A stretch of DNA of 64,000 nucleotides, taken from Parasitella parasitica NRRL 2501 (lineage: Eukaryota; Fungi; Mucoromycota). The DNA is taken from contig MU619282.1 of NCBI GenBank assembly GCA_025201805.1, positions 154,540 through 218,539 of the forward strand. Direction: 5' to 3'. Both the position numbers and the translations under genes were made by a program. Below are positions 37,664 through 51,970 of this stretch, piece by piece. A model generated the notes under the pieces. That model saw nothing but the letters and a program-made list of their open reading frames with translations, did not search any database and was not told the DNA's origin. Position 1 is the first letter of the stretch; each line of letters opens with the position of its first letter.

Positions 37664-40161
37664 TTATAATGTTACAGGTGGTTGTTCTTGCTGTTGCTTG
37701 TCCAATTTATCCATCCATTCTTCTGGTATTATTGGTATCATAGAGTGTGAGTTGGTATTATTTTCTTGATTCGGTGAAGATGACGCTTTGAAATCCCAAT
37801 GCGATGAAGTCATGTGAGCAGTCTTTGGAATAGAGAATGGCAGCATGAATCTAGTGTCTTTAGTTTCGTGAACGTCCACTTCTTGCTCATCGTCATTTCT
37901 ATGCAATGTTGTTTGCTCATTATTGGCTTTGAAGGTTATTGGCGGCAGCTCTTCAGATATCGGTGTAGAAGGGCCACTTTTGCTGAGGCCAAGGAACTGA
38001 GTCATACTTTGACGCTTGGACATCTTTTGACTTTGAGTGCGTAACAACGGAGTTGCTCTTGCTTTGTCCACAAACAGTTTCTTTTGCTTATGTCTCACGG
38101 TATCTTCAGCACATTGCATAGCATATTTTTCAATCTCTTCAGGAATGCGTCGTTCATTCACCTCGTATCGATACGAGGTCACACATCTTTTCACTTGAGA
38201 TGCATTTAGCGCATCAAACTTTTTACTTGTATTAATAAAATCAACGAGATCTTCTAGTTGACTGAGACACTGCAGCAGCTGAAGTAGTTGGATGGTAGGG
38301 TTAAGATAGCCAAGCAGATGATTCGGGAGCCGTTTGACAGATACCCAATCCTCCAAATGTGAAAAATTTATGCGCACCTGCATTGCTTTTGAACGGCACA
38401 GCAGCTTTTTGTTTGTAAGTATACGGTTGAAGAGCTCACACGACATGTAGTGAAAGAATTGGGCCATTGCTTGGACGGTAATAATGGGATGAACATTGTA
38501 GGATTGTAGCACAAATAAGGTTGATGACAATAAGCTTGTAATCGATTGAGGTGTTACTGCGGAGATCGGAGCACTGTCGCAACCATCCGCTGGTGGTACA
38601 ACGACTGAGCGCCTTGCGTTTTTGCGAAAGAAACGGTGCCAGTCATCTTTAAAGTCTACTTGATTGATGCCCGAGATTTCTTCGTGGTCCAACATAGCGA
38701 GACACAGTATTTTGGATAATCTCTTTGTTGTGTCTTGAATGATGAGGTTGTAAGTTTCAGATATCAGTTCAGATATGCACAGCTGCTGTTCGGCGGTGAC
38801 TACGACAAGCCCAGTATCTTTTTTGAGGTAAAATAGTAATTGCATTAAATTAGTGATCCAGAAGGCTAAGACGTGAACATTTTGAGCATTTGTCTGATAA
38901 GCTGATTAATGACGATACAGATACAATGCATTGTGCAATTTGTTATTACCTTGATTGCCTTGCGAATTCTATTTAATGCACCTTCCAGCACCTGCTCCAG
39001 GAGCTCAGAGCTCGAAAAGTAATGTGCAAAGCGTGCACAGAGAAAGACGATGTTTGTTGCAACGCATATGTCTCGCTGCTTTGCTAAGGGGAGCTGGATA
39101 TGTGTGATTACTGTGTCTAGGATGTAGTCCAAATCATTCGAGTTGAACACAAACATTTGATCATGAGAGCACCTGTCCCATTGGAAGTGAGTCTCGTCAA
39201 CCTTTCCATTCTCGTCCTCCTCGCTTTCATCTGCAGAATTTTGCTCCGAGTCGTCAAAATCAAGTTGCATGGTAGACTCGAATAGCCTTTGTCGCAATTC
39301 GGCCTCTTCAGACATAAAGTTATTAAATCCCTCAGCTGTAGACTGGTAGTAAAAATCATTTTCTGTACTCGATGTCGACGAAGAAGCGCTACTTGTTCTA
39401 TAAAATAAACTGGATGTGGAAGATACACTATCGCGAGGGTTTGTTGCCAATATCTCGATGATTTTCTGGTTATCCGTGTTGATAAAATCAAACACTGTTC
39501 TTCCTTTGGCTGACTTTGTTTGCGACGACGCACCATGTTCTAGCAGAATCTTGACTAGAGTTTCATGGCTATTGTTTGTAGCCCACATTAGAGCTGACCA
39601 GCCAACTAAAATACAGTAATTAATGTTTGTGCAACATAAGTTATAGTGACAAAATAAAAATAAAAAACAAGGAGGAATTAAAAACTTACAACTATCTTGA
39701 GCATCAATCTGAGCTCCTGCCTCTATCAAGATTTTAGCAATTTCAGTTTTACCAAAGCAGGCAGCATATATCAGCGGCGGCGTGCCGTCTTTGTCTCTGG
39801 CATTTATATTGATATGCTGCTTTATGCTTGCATCAGACAACATTTCCTTGACTTTAGTTACATCGCCGTTAGAAGCAGCACGAGTGAATAATGAAGTCCA
39901 TTTCTTGGTTTCCTCGCTGGTTTCCTCTTGCTCGACTTGGAAATCTTCGTCCAAAGAATGAGAACTGGATGTGGATGCTGTCGAGCTCAGGATTTCTGAT
40001 ATCTGTCGGTTGCTTTCTGCAAGGCGTTGAGACATTTCGTCAAAAGACATGTTTTCATACTTTCTCTTCAGCACATCATGATCGTCTTCGTATTCTTCTT
40101 TTATTTGTGGTAATTCTGTTGGATTTGATTGAAGAAGCGTGTCGCTATAACTGGTGGTCAT
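37664..40161 (-). CDS. Ankyrin-repeat and Dilute (DIL) domain protein, 3 exons
   Basis: GTPPLIYAACFG, GWSALMWA; FQWDRC..DQMFVF; LFNRILTNKKLLCRSKAMQVRINFSHLEDW. Confidence 0.9.
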
Positions 40162-41145
40162 ATCGTTATTAAAGAAAAAATCAAAAGAGTAGAAAGAAAA
40201 TAGAGAGAGAGAGAGAGAGAGAGATTTATTTTTGGATTGATAGTTTTGAGCCTTTTTCATCCCCAATTTTCGTAAGCTAAAAACAGAAAGTCGTTTTGTT
40301 AGCGGAATTGAAACGATTACATACAGGAGCTGAATAGCTGCTGATGGAGACGTCTAGGAAAGACACTAAGAGTACCAGCGGCTTGAGCCTTGCTGCATGA
40401 AAATATAGGTTTATTCTGCTGCAGCTATTATCGTTCTTTAACGATTTAGAAAGACTACATGAATCTGCGAGGATGGAGTAGAGTGAGAAGCTACTCTACC
40501 CTCGCTCATTCGGTTGGAATCCAATGTATATTACGAGACATTATATATATAGACGGCTGCAAAATTGATGCCATTCTGAGCTTTTACTTGTGATTTATAC
40601 ATATATGCAGAATTGAGTCCATTCAAGCTTATGGGATGAGAGAATCTTGAAAGGGCATTTCAAAATATTAGAAAAGAGGGCATGAAAAAAAATAAGGCAT
40701 AGTTTTCTTGAGGTACGCAATGAGAGATACTAATGATGAAAGTACACCCCTCTCGCCAAAAGATTTTTTTCTCAAAAAAGCTGGCTATCGATGGTTGCTT
40801 ATTACTTGTCTTGTGCATATTATTTGACTTTCGTAGACTCTTTGCAGATTGATTCTTTGAATTGATGCACATTTGCTAAACTAAAAGAGGCTTTATCAAT
40901 GTAGCAATAAAAACTTTATTGTCATTTTATACAAAATCTTGTTTTTACAAGTCAAGAACACATCCAAGGAAAGTAGATAAAAAGGTTAAAAGCGGAAGAG
41001 GTTGTCCATCTGCAGAATAAACAGGGATCTCAATTGGGCATCCCCGAGTTTTACAGCGACGCTATATATTATAACACGAGGTTCTCCCCTTTTTTTTTAT
41101 TTTTATTTTTCTCTTTTTTTTTTCCTAACAAACTTCATTATACAA

Positions 41146-43381
41146 ATGGGAGTGGACATACTAGAATTCTGTACCCCTCCTATTCCAGGACAACCTCATA
41201 AATATTACGGAAATGCCCATAATAATTTCATTAAATTGCCTGTAGCTATACCACATACAACCATACAAAAGACAGTGTCGACAAACAACTCCTTACATTC
41301 CATAGCAACCAGTGGCAATTTGACACTACTAAAAAGCATTTTACCGCTCTTACCGACACCTCAAAAAGCTGTAAATGAACCACACCCTTCTACTGGTTTA
41401 ACTCCCTTACATTTCGCTGCTTCAAGAGGTCATTTCAACGTTGTAAAGTATCTCGTTGATGACTATTCTGCTTTAGTAGATGCAAAAGACAGAGAGGGCG
41501 AGGTAGGGACTCTATGGCAGCTTTGACAGCTGGTAAATCTCACTACTAAATTACGTATAGACTGCACTTTTAAAATCAGCCTACAATGGCCATTATCATA
41601 TTGTCGAGTACTTGGTCTCCAAGAGCGCCAATGTACATTTAAAAGACAAAGATGGCTGGACAGCTCTTCATAACGCATGTGCGAGAGGCTTCTTGCCTAT
41701 CGCGCGATTACTTATTAAAAAAGGCGCCCGAGTAGATGTAAAGAGCAAGATGGGACACACTCCTCTAAGTAAGATGTCAAATTTATCACGACAATCAATA
41801 CATATTAGCCATGCTAATGATTTTATGTAGTTAATGCTGCATCCAAGGGCTACATCTCAATTGTAGAGTACCTATTGGTTGAATCTCATGCAAACCCCTT
41901 GATCAAGAATAATTTTGGCGAGGCAGCATATGATGTAAGCGCAGCTGCTGGGGAGTCTTACATATGCGAAATGCTACATAGAGCTGGTAAATCATGGTGG
42001 AAAATGCAACACAACTCGGAAGGTAGCACGTTCTTGTGAGATATTAAAAAAATGTAAAACTAACAATCAATGAAGGCAATGGATCAGCTTCAAGGTACAA
42101 TTTGCTGGATTTCCATGTTACGGTTATGGTCGTCATACATGAAAATGAAAGATCGTCTTCTTTATTGGGGCTATCAAAACCTCAGTTTAGTACTGCGTCC
42201 CTTACAAAGTACGATGTACGCGGTCCTTGGTCTCTTTCTCCTTCAGGTAGACCAAGTACAAAGGAAGAAGTAAAGCTTCCGCAGAATAATAGCAGCGCCA
42301 ATGGATCGGATTGGTTTTGGCTTACAGATTGGCAGATTGATTATAGTGATCCACGTATTGATCCCACATCTGGCTGGCAGTATGCTCATTCTTTTGATGA
42401 TCCTGACGATGTATGGACACCAGTTACGCCTACAAGTGGCTATGGTTGGGTAAGACGCAGGATCTGGGTGCGTGTGATGAAACGAAGAATGGACCTACTT
42501 AAAGGAAGCCACATTGGATCGCCTGCTATGGATGAAGAAGAAGACTATTTATGCAAAGCAGAGGACATTGTTCAGAATTCCAAGCTGGAACCTGCACTAG
42601 CTGCTACGGAAGAGCCTTCAATCCAACAGCTTACTATCGAATTACGTGCTTACGAAGAAGCAGTTCAGTTGCTTCGTGCAGGCATTAAAAGTAGGCTTTT
42701 CATACAATGCTATACTAGATACTTACATGCACATGTACCGTAGATGATGGCAATCAGTTTAGAATACATCAAGCCAAAGCACTGATTACTGCTTATACTT
42801 CTCAGATCGATGCACTTAATTTACAAATAACACAGCTCGCACATACTGTATCAACGCCTATTACACCGCTTCCTGTGCAGCATAATGCAGAATTGGCTCG
42901 GGAATTAGGGTTCAACGATAGACAAGCGCCAGAAAATAACGATCTAGATACAAACCCATGGTCTCGCGACGCTAATACTGCCTCAAACACAGAATGGCAA
43001 GCATCCAGTATCTTGGAAAGCACAAGCTACAATCATGTTGATTTAATCGGCCATGGTATGGAAAGCCAATATGAGTACGATGATCAAGATGATATGGGGC
43101 AGGAAATGAGAGGCCCAAAACAATATATTTGGGAATCTGATTTAGAAGCAAAAGAGTGCAGAGGCTGTAGAAGACGATTCGGTTTCCTTGTAAGAAGACA
43201 TCATTGCCGGTGCTGTGGTTTAATCCACTGTGATCGATGCTCTATGTCTCGAGCCCGTTTGAGTTCGACGCAAATCCTGCAAGATCCAAATGGACCTTTA
43301 GAATCTTTGGAAGTTTTGGCTTCCCAGCACCAGCGAGTGTGTGATACCTGTTATGCAAAACTTGGTGGTATCCCACCTTGA
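41146..43381 (+). CDS. Ankyrin-repeat + dysferlin-like + FYVE domain protein, ~5 exons
   Basis: TGLTPLHFAASRGH; W-rich WFWLTDWQID..GWQYA..WVRRRIWVR; WESD..CRGC...RRHHCRCCG..RVCDTC. Confidence 0.9.
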
Positions 43382-43569
43382 GTTTTAAGCTACATTTTAC
43401 TACAATTAAAAAAAAATATACCACCTTTCTGTTCATTGCTACGGTACCGTATTCATCTCATAACGTACAGTCCTATAGTTACAGTATTGTAAATCATACA
43501 TGTGACTGTAGGTAAACTTCTTTTTGTTTTTGCTGAAGCTTTTGCTCTTATCACTGTTTTTATTAAATC

Positions 43570-44163
43570 ATGTCTGAACAGTCAGAAGAAGATCGTATCT
43601 ATGATTTGATGGTAGATGGTAAGACTTGCGAATTAAAGCCAAAAGTCGAGAAGGTTTGTTAGGATATATCTTGATCACTCCAGTTTGGAAAACCTCATCA
43701 TGTTGAATAGATCCTCAAAGACATTTTTAAAAAGTTTGACAAGGTAAATCAATCGCAATAAAACAGACTCCTTAAACAATTTACATAAATTGCTATCGTT
43801 AAGGACGAGGATGGGAAATGGAATTTAAAGGAGCTTCAAGAATTTGCAACAGCTACAAATGATCAAGCAGTAAAGTGTTAATTATTGGCAAATACTCATC
43901 AGATTTTAATACATTCTTCAAGTTTGAAGATTCTGTGATCGACGAAATTAGAGAGTCATTTCAAGTCGATGGAGAGGGCCGTTTGTTATACGAAGGTTTC
44001 TACGAAATGTATTATATGCAGACAATTTCTGAGCCAAAGGAGACATTAAAGGACTTCAAAAAACGTTAGTTGTCGCTCACATTTTTCAAACGTCTTTTTC
44101 GAAGCTAACAACATTTTCATTTTAAAAATAGATGGTTATGATGATAATTTAGATTTAGAATAA
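43570..44163 (+). CDS. Small EF-hand protein, multi-exon
   Basis: Spliced IFKKFDK/DEDGKWNLKELQEFA; GFYEMYYMQT..P.ET.KDF. Confidence 0.75.
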
Positions 44164-45061
44164 AAACTGCAACCATTCTTTCGATTGTCGAAACTGGCTT
44201 ACTGATAAACGTCCTATTTACAATGAAAACAGTTAAAATAGTAGAGATAATTACTGTAATGGGGTTTGAGGAGCAGCAAACATTCAAGTAAAATGATGGA
44301 TGTATTTCTTTATTTAGTCTCTGTTGCTTTTACTGCCGCTGCATCAGTTATTTTTTCAACATGTTATTATCTTATTAGAGCTTTTCTTATTATCTATTGC
44401 TGTCTTTTTCACGCATAAAAATACCGCATTTTCCCTTCTGCCATTACTGAGTGTTGTAACAACTCATTATTACATAAGGATGGGTGTTGTATCCTAGAAG
44501 AAAATGGTTACCATCAACTTAGCTACGTTGTCATGGCAGCCGTCCCTGGATCGGACCTAATGTTGGATGAAATAGAAGCAATTATTGGAATCTCTTGTAT
44601 AAGAACCCATTTATTATCATATCTTTAAACTTTAGCCTCAGTAGTAGAATCATTCAAGATACTTGCCACGCGGAATCGACACCCAAAAACGTGAAACTGT
44701 TTTTGCAGGTGACTTTAGATAGAGACGTCGCCCAGTGGGAAATCAAGTTATGCTCAGATAACAATGATCATGCTCCTTTGATATTTTTGGAAACCCCAAC
44801 AAAAGAACAATAGCATACCACTCAGAATGACTTTTGGACATATCCCTAGGTTAATTTCAACCCTCTAATTAACATCTATTCTGTTTCTTTTTTTTTCTTG
44901 GGGGGGGGGATGTAATGCTACCGAAAATCTCAGTAGAAAGTGATACACGGTGATATTCCAGGTTGCAAGTTTCCAATGCGTCTCAATAATACTCCAGGAC
45001 ATGCAGTGCTCACACAAAATGGAAATGTGAAAAGAAAGTGTTTCAACATCCTTATATTTAT

Positions 45062-47527
45062 TTATACATGACCCATAACAACGGTAAACCTCAAAGTTGG
45101 CCCACTATTACTTGTTGAGGATGTGCTTTTTCCAGCGTTGTTCTTTTTTACATTACTATTCAATGCAGTTTTAAGTGTTCTCAAGTCATAGGTACTTTGC
45201 AAAGAATGAAGCTGATTGGAGGTCTGAGGAGCGTAGATCAGGGGCGGAGGAGACGAGGATGTAGTCGTAGCCGCAGTGTCATTGTTGTTGCTACCGCTGG
45301 AAGCTTGCTCATTTGCGGTGCTACTTGTTGCAGTGCCCAAGTGAATATTATTGGAATCTTCATCAGCGCAAAGAGTGGTACTTCTCCACCCCTAATTTTT
45401 AGCAGTACAGATTTAGTCAAGTAAGAAAAAAAAAAAAAAAAAATAGATCAGGCGGCATCTTACCCAGCTTTGCAAAACCGAAAAGTTATCAGGGCTGCTT
45501 TGAAACAAGGTTAATGCATGCTTAGGCCCTCTTGTTGGACAGTATATCTTGAACCAGGTTTTGACAACTTTCCGCTTGTCTGAATAGCGCGAAAATGACC
45601 AAGCTTGTTGATTGGAAGCAGCAGATGCCAAAGATAATGAAGGAGATGCATTGCTAGTGTTGGGATACAATTCTTGTTGCTGTGGCTGTGGCTGTGGTTG
45701 TGGCTGTTGCTGTTGCTGTTGCTGCTGCTGCTCTTCCATAGAAGCCGAGGGACCGTTGTGGTTTTGAGGCACTGATTGACGGTGTAAATAAACGCCTAAT
45801 TGAAGTATGCCTTTTCGCTGCGATCTTGTTTTTTGTATGTACATGTTCCAATTAGACCTGTTCAGAAACTTAGGACCTAATAGTCATGCCAATTTCAGCT
45901 GTAATTTACTCACCCCGCATAAAATACCGTATCCGAGTAAACTCGCATGCCATGTTTAAGCGATGATACATCTGCAAATTCAACGCTGAATCGAAAAGGA
46001 GGGTAGACCGAGAATTGATCCACAGCAATGATAGGTTGCGATAGTATTCGTTTTTTGTTATAGTTCGCTGTTGATGTGGATGAGGCCAACGTTATCGCAG
46101 ATTCTCCAGTGTATGTAGTTGTGTCATCTGTAGGGATCGGATAGTATCTTCTAGTCGACTCTTCGTCAAGGCCATCGTCAAGGCCATCGTCATCAACGTC
46201 TTCTTCCTCTGTTTCGCTGTCGTCATCTCCTCCGCCATCCTCTGTGCGATTCTTGCTTCTTTGGTTATTGGCAATTTTCGTATCTAGCTTTTGCTTTTCC
46301 AGGCTGGATATGGTCATGTTATTGAGCTTGATATCTCGTTCAGAAGCTGATTCTATCTTTGACCTCAATTGCACCTGCTGCCACAGCGCTTCCTTCAAGA
46401 TTTTTCGAGGGACTAGCCGTTGCTTTGTCAAAGGGTGTATATCGCTTTGTATGGATTCCAGCTGTTCAAATGTCATGTGCATGTAAAATATTGACTGTGA
46501 AATAACATGGCAATTTGCATTGGTATCTAATTCCGTCAAGACAAAAGAGGTTGATTTCGAGCTGGAATAAATGTCGTACCGCGCACGTATAATCTGTTGT
46601 ATAAACTGGTATCTCTCGTATTCGCTTCCGAAAAAAAGGTTAACAAAAGTACTGCATTTCCTGCTCTACAACTAGCTACCTGGGTACCCAGAATGCATCG
46701 CTTTCAATGACTTTCTCCAGCCATTCCAATGGCAAGGAAGCCAAAACTGATCGGTCCATATGATACGCTTCTCGGCATAAAAAGGTAAACACAGCATCGC
46801 ATATTCTATCGCTGCCTTGGACCATCAGTTCATTGGTAAAAAGCAGATAGTCCACGACATTTTGGTGATTGAGGTTTCTCAAAATAAAATCTACACAGAT
46901 GCCGCACACGTCCAGCTGAAAATACGAGCTAGTAGCCAAAATCTGCCTCACGTTTGCTTGAGAGATCAGGGGTTCGTCAATCTTTCCATACAGATATTCC
47001 AATACAAACTGAAATGACTCCATTGTGATGAAAGAATTGTCTTTATCGAAATGCAGTGTGATTTTGCTCGACTCGGCTTCCCGGAATCCGCCCTGCAGCA
47101 GTAGTTTAAAGTATGGGTTTTGGTCGAGCACCAACCGATGCAGTTGATACGTTTTGTTCCATGAGGGAATGTGGACCTGGACGTCGCTACCAATGCCTTC
47201 TACAAGGCCGCGTGTGAAAATATGTCGACACAGCATCAAAGAGTGAAGCCTCCAGTCGTATTTTGAACTGCTTGCTACGGTGGGTATGCTGGCCGAGGTT
47301 GACATTGTCGCAATTGAAGTGTTGTAATTGGTTGATTTGGCTTCTATAGATGAGCTGGGCGAGGGACCTTGATCTGAATAGGGTGCGCCGGCAGTGAGCC
47401 AAGGATGGTCTGTTACCTTTGCAGTAGAGCGTATGTCTCTGGGTGTGGAAGAGCTGGTTCTTATGGAGTTAGTTTGTGCATTGGCACCGCTGCTGCTGCC
47501 ACGTCTACTCGAATTATTATCTTCCAT
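45062..47527 (-). CDS. BTB/POZ-domain protein with C-terminal MATH-like region, spliced
   Basis: GSDVQVH..YQLHRLVLDQNPYF, ESDAFWVP, PPFRFSVEF, YSDTVFYAG; polyQ tract. Confidence 0.88.
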
Positions 47528-47733
47528 GATTCAGGCGAATGAAAAGAGAGAAAAAAAGAAAAAGAAATGAAAAGTGGAAAAGGGCGAAAAGAAAGGGAGG
47601 GGGGTGTATATGAATAAAGACCATGTAGCAGTTGCAAGAAATACACAGCTGACACACGTGACAAATGGCAAAGCGAATATGATCATTTATATATAAACAT
47701 ATTAAAAACAAGGTGCTGTGAAGAATGGAATAA

Positions 47734-49045
47734 TTATTGGGCTACAGCAGGATCTTCCAAGGACGAGGCGACTTCGATCATGGGAGGGCTGTTTATTTGC
47801 GTTAATGCACGACTCAATAATGCTGCCCGCAGGTCTATATATAAAAACACATACCTCTGTCTTCTGCCTTCTTTAAAAGGAATTTTCACGGCAGGATGGT
47901 CCATTGGTGTCAGCAACTCAAAGCTGCACAACAGTTCTTCGTTGACGCTCATAATGGCACCAAAGTTATCAAACTCGCCACAATAGTTTGGAGCACTGAA
48001 CACTGTGACAAGAGTCCTTTCGTTAAAAAACTGGTAGCCGTCCTCTACAACCATGTGTGCCCTGCACACCAGATCGAGGTCGAATTTGGATAGAAATTCA
48101 TTCACAATCTTTTTTCCAAAGCAGTAAGACACGCCTCGCTCACTGTCTTCCCAATCAAGCGCTGTATCAGAGGGGTCTGCCCATAGCAGATCGTTTAGCA
48201 AGCCAAATTCAGGCACATCTGTCGGTCGAACAATGGTCCGAATGTCTTCCATTGTGCTCAGAGACGGACTCAAGCCGCCGTGGACACAGAATATCTTTCC
48301 TGCAACTAGCCCCGCAATGGGCAGAGAATTGAATACATCCACAAACGTCTTCCAAATCTTGACATTGGTGCGTCTTTTGCACTCGTCATAAAAGCCGTAC
48401 ACTTGCGTCCTTGTTAATAACCGCATACTGTATGTCCAGGCTGGCTGTGCTTACCTCTAGTAACGTTGGCACATTCGTGGTTTCCTCGCAATAAAAAGAA
48501 ATTTTCAGGGTATTTGATTTTGTAGCAAAACAATAGCAGTATCGTCTCTAAGCTCTGTTTCCCCCTATCAACATAGTCGCCTAGTAGCAGATAGTTTGAC
48601 TCTGGCGGAAAGCCGCCCATTTCGAATAGCCGGATCAAATCTTGAAACTGCCCGTGAATGTCACCCATAACTTTAACTGGAGGGTTCAATTCGATCAGAG
48701 TGGGCTGGCTCATGAACGCTTGATGCACTGCTTTACATATAGCCACAATTTCCGAATTTCGAAAGCATATCGACTTGGATACCTTCCCGCTTGTGCCAAC
48801 TTGTATTAATCTGTTGATACATTCGTCAATGTCCAAGTTTTTTCCGAACGATTGCGCTGATGCGGCTGTAAGCTGGTTTTGGGAGCTCAAGCTCATTTGA
48901 TTTATAGACGTGATTGTATCTTGATCAACATCTTTGGTGTTGTTGTTATCAGAGCTTGTGTCGTTGTTGGCTGTATTTTTCGGTGATATTGCATTCGGAA
49001 ATGGATAGCAATCTTTGGCTGTGTTGGGAATGTCCATAGGCGTCA

Positions 49046-49077
<32 letters not shown>

Positions 49078-49202
49078 TGGTTGACTAGAATGGAGTTTAC
49101 CGATGTTGCTGTTGTATTGGAGTATTCGTTGTCTGGTATATCATTCTCTGCTCGAATAACACTTGGCCTTGCTTTGCGTTTCTTTGAAACGGCATTTCCC
49201 AT
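47734..49202 (-). CDS. PP1-related Ser/Thr phosphatase with N-terminal extension (Ppz/Ppq-like), spliced
   Basis: MGN (myristoylation-type) start, GDIHGQ, GDYVDRG, LRGNHE, SAPNYC. Confidence 0.93.
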
Positions 49203-49474
49203 ATTGCTTGATCAAATGATATTATATAAAATTAAAAGGCAAAGCATAAAACAAAAAGAAAAAGAAAAAGAAAAGGTTTTAATTGAGGTTGTTTCAAAGC
49301 TAATTAGAATTCTCAAAATCCATCAAAACATTGGCCTTGATTTGTGCGAAATGCATGAATTTCATAATGTATTCCCCGACCCTTTTTTTTTTACATGCGG
49401 AAGATTTTCATTTGTCATGTTGTGATTATTGTTTAGTATGATTATCATTATTGTTGTTATTACAATGGTACGGA

Positions 49475-51661
49475 TCAGTTTAGCTTCAATTCCTTTAGCT
49501 CTCTTCTAAGGCTTTCGTTTTCCTTTTGCAGCCGAGCATTCTCCTTGAGAGTTTGCTGGATCGATTTATCTAAATGCTCCACGGTAGCAACTAAATCGAC
49601 ATTGTTTCTAACACGGTAGTAAGGTTAGTTTTGGCGTGGAACACAAAAAAAAACACCGTAGAAACTTACTGCTGCTGTGGCGATGCTTCATTCTCGCTTT
49701 CATTGGCAACAGAATGAGCAGCCGTCTTTTTTAAATTCAATCTTAGTTCGTGCAACAGGATTCTTTGTGATTCGTTTGATCGAAGTAGCTCCTCGATTTG
49801 ATACTGAGGATTGATGATGGCAGGGGCTGGTGTATGCTGTTGATGATGATGATGAGTATCTAAATGGCTTGATGAAATGCTGCCTCTGGGTGTAATGTCT
49901 ACAGATGAGCTATTTGATCCACCAGTTAGCTCAAAGCGACCTATTTTTCTGGAGGATTCGGTCAGCAATGCAATATTCTCCGTGGTTAATAGCTCTTGGG
50001 GTGGGTATCGCTTCTCTGTTACTGCAGTAACGTTTGGTTTGCTGTTGGCTGAAGAAGAGGAATAAGAAGAACCATCGCGAGACAGTGGCACTGGTTGGTA
50101 TAGCATGGGCGAACTTGTGTTGGAGGACACTTCAAATCTTGATTTGCGGTCATTTGCAGATAAAAAGTCTTGGCTAGGCATTTTGTGCAATTGTTGCTGT
50201 TGTGCCTGTGGTTGGTCCTCTTTGACATAAAACCTGCCCTTCATCACTTCACAATCCTCGTCATGCGTCGGGCTGGATGATCTGACAGAGGATGAAGTGT
50301 CTTGAGATGACTCTTCAATAACAAAACGGGATTTCTTGGGAGGCGTCATTGATAACGGGGGAGAGGTGGATGTCAAAGCAGGAGCATGATCAGCAGGATG
50401 CACCGACATGCTATTATTACGAACTACAACATCACCAAAGGAGATGTGTCTCGCTGATGGCTTTGGCTTTGTGTTTTCTTGTGGTTGCTGATTCAGGACC
50501 AACTGCTCGGCAGCAGGGCCGTTGTGATCTGATAATAAAAGCTCCTCTACTTCTGTGTCAACATCATTACTGTTTCCATCATCGAAATCCCACTCATCGG
50601 TCTTTGCTATAGCCACTTGTTTTAGGGGTATCTTCTTGCGAGGCCTCTGCTCCAGCGGAGGCAGTTCGTAGAGGATGGTTTTGATCAGATAATCCTTTCT
50701 CTTGGACAGCTTGAAAAACGGATGCAGCAGCAGCTTTTCCGCATTGGGTCTCTTCAAAGGGTCTTTGGACAGGCAGATATCGATCATCTCTTTGAATGAC
50801 TTGGAGTACTTGTGGATTGTGCTGTCACGATCCAATGTGGGTGGTTCGTTAGAGAGTGTCATCATTAGCACCTGTACGGTATGTTTGTTTGTTTTAATTG
50901 ATCAGATGCTGCATTCAACATTTTAATATACAGCCATACCTTTAAAGGCGGGAACTTTGCAAAAGGAGCATGGCCAGTTGCTAATTCAATCGCTGTGATA
51001 CCGAAACTCCAAATATCAGCCTTATAGTCGTATTCCGCTTGTTCCATGACCTCGGGAGCCATCCAACATGGCGTACCTACAAACGTCTTTCTCATGCCTC
51101 TTTCGCCTGTTTCCATCAACGAGCTGGAAACACCAAAATCAGCAAGCAAAACTGTGCCGTCTTCATCCATCAGCAGATTCCCCGCCTTAACATCACGATG
51201 GATGTGTCCATTTTTGTGCAGATAAATCAAAGCCTCCAGTGTCTGCTTCAATATAGTGGCGATGCTCGTTTCATCTAGGCCCTCAGGAAACCTGGTCTTC
51301 ATGATGTCCAGACAAGATCCCCCAGCAAGATATGGAGTGACGATATAGAGCTTTGACCCATGCACAAACGAACCATACACACGTAACACATTGGGATGTT
51401 TGGAGAGTGCCATTAATGCTGTTTCACGCTAAATAAATTCAAACCTCGACGTTAGTGGCATACTCCTTCACTCCTTCACTCCTTCACTCCTTCGCTCCTT
51501 AGCAAACGCTTACTCGGAGTTCATCGATTTGATTCCTTTCAAACTTGTCAAGGTCAATCATCTTGAGCGCCATGCGTCTATTTAGCGGCTTGTAGATGGC
51601 CTTGTAGACTATAGCGGAGGAGCCGTAACCTAATATAAAAAAAAAAAAAAAAAAAAAAACG

Positions 51662-51696
<35 letters not shown>

Positions 51697-51970
51697 GATC
51701 TGTTATACCAATGGCTTCTTTGATTTCAAAATCGTCAATTTGGCTAAAGTGATGCTCAGATAACAGTTGGGACGAAACAGGAGAAGGCGGAATAAGACTG
51801 TCGCTATTCGGCGTGCTGCTTGTCATGATTTTCAGGCCACTCAAAAACTCTATGCCGCTGATGGATCTCTTTGCGTGGTGATGGGACGACGGCGGTGATG
51901 TGGATGGAGGTGCGATTAAAATGGGCCTTGTGATTTCTTTGTCAGAGTGAGTGCTATCTATACGCTCCAT
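49475..51970 (-). CDS. STE20-family kinase, OSR1/SPAK/Fray-like, 5 exons
   Basis: [30 protein letters not shown]; RFxV-like motifs in the tail; C-terminal coiled coil. Confidence 0.92.

Noticed and set aside
51632-51695. Long poly-A tract as a retroelement tail
   Set aside because: Lies inside a kinase intron as poly-T; simple sequence, no TSD seen
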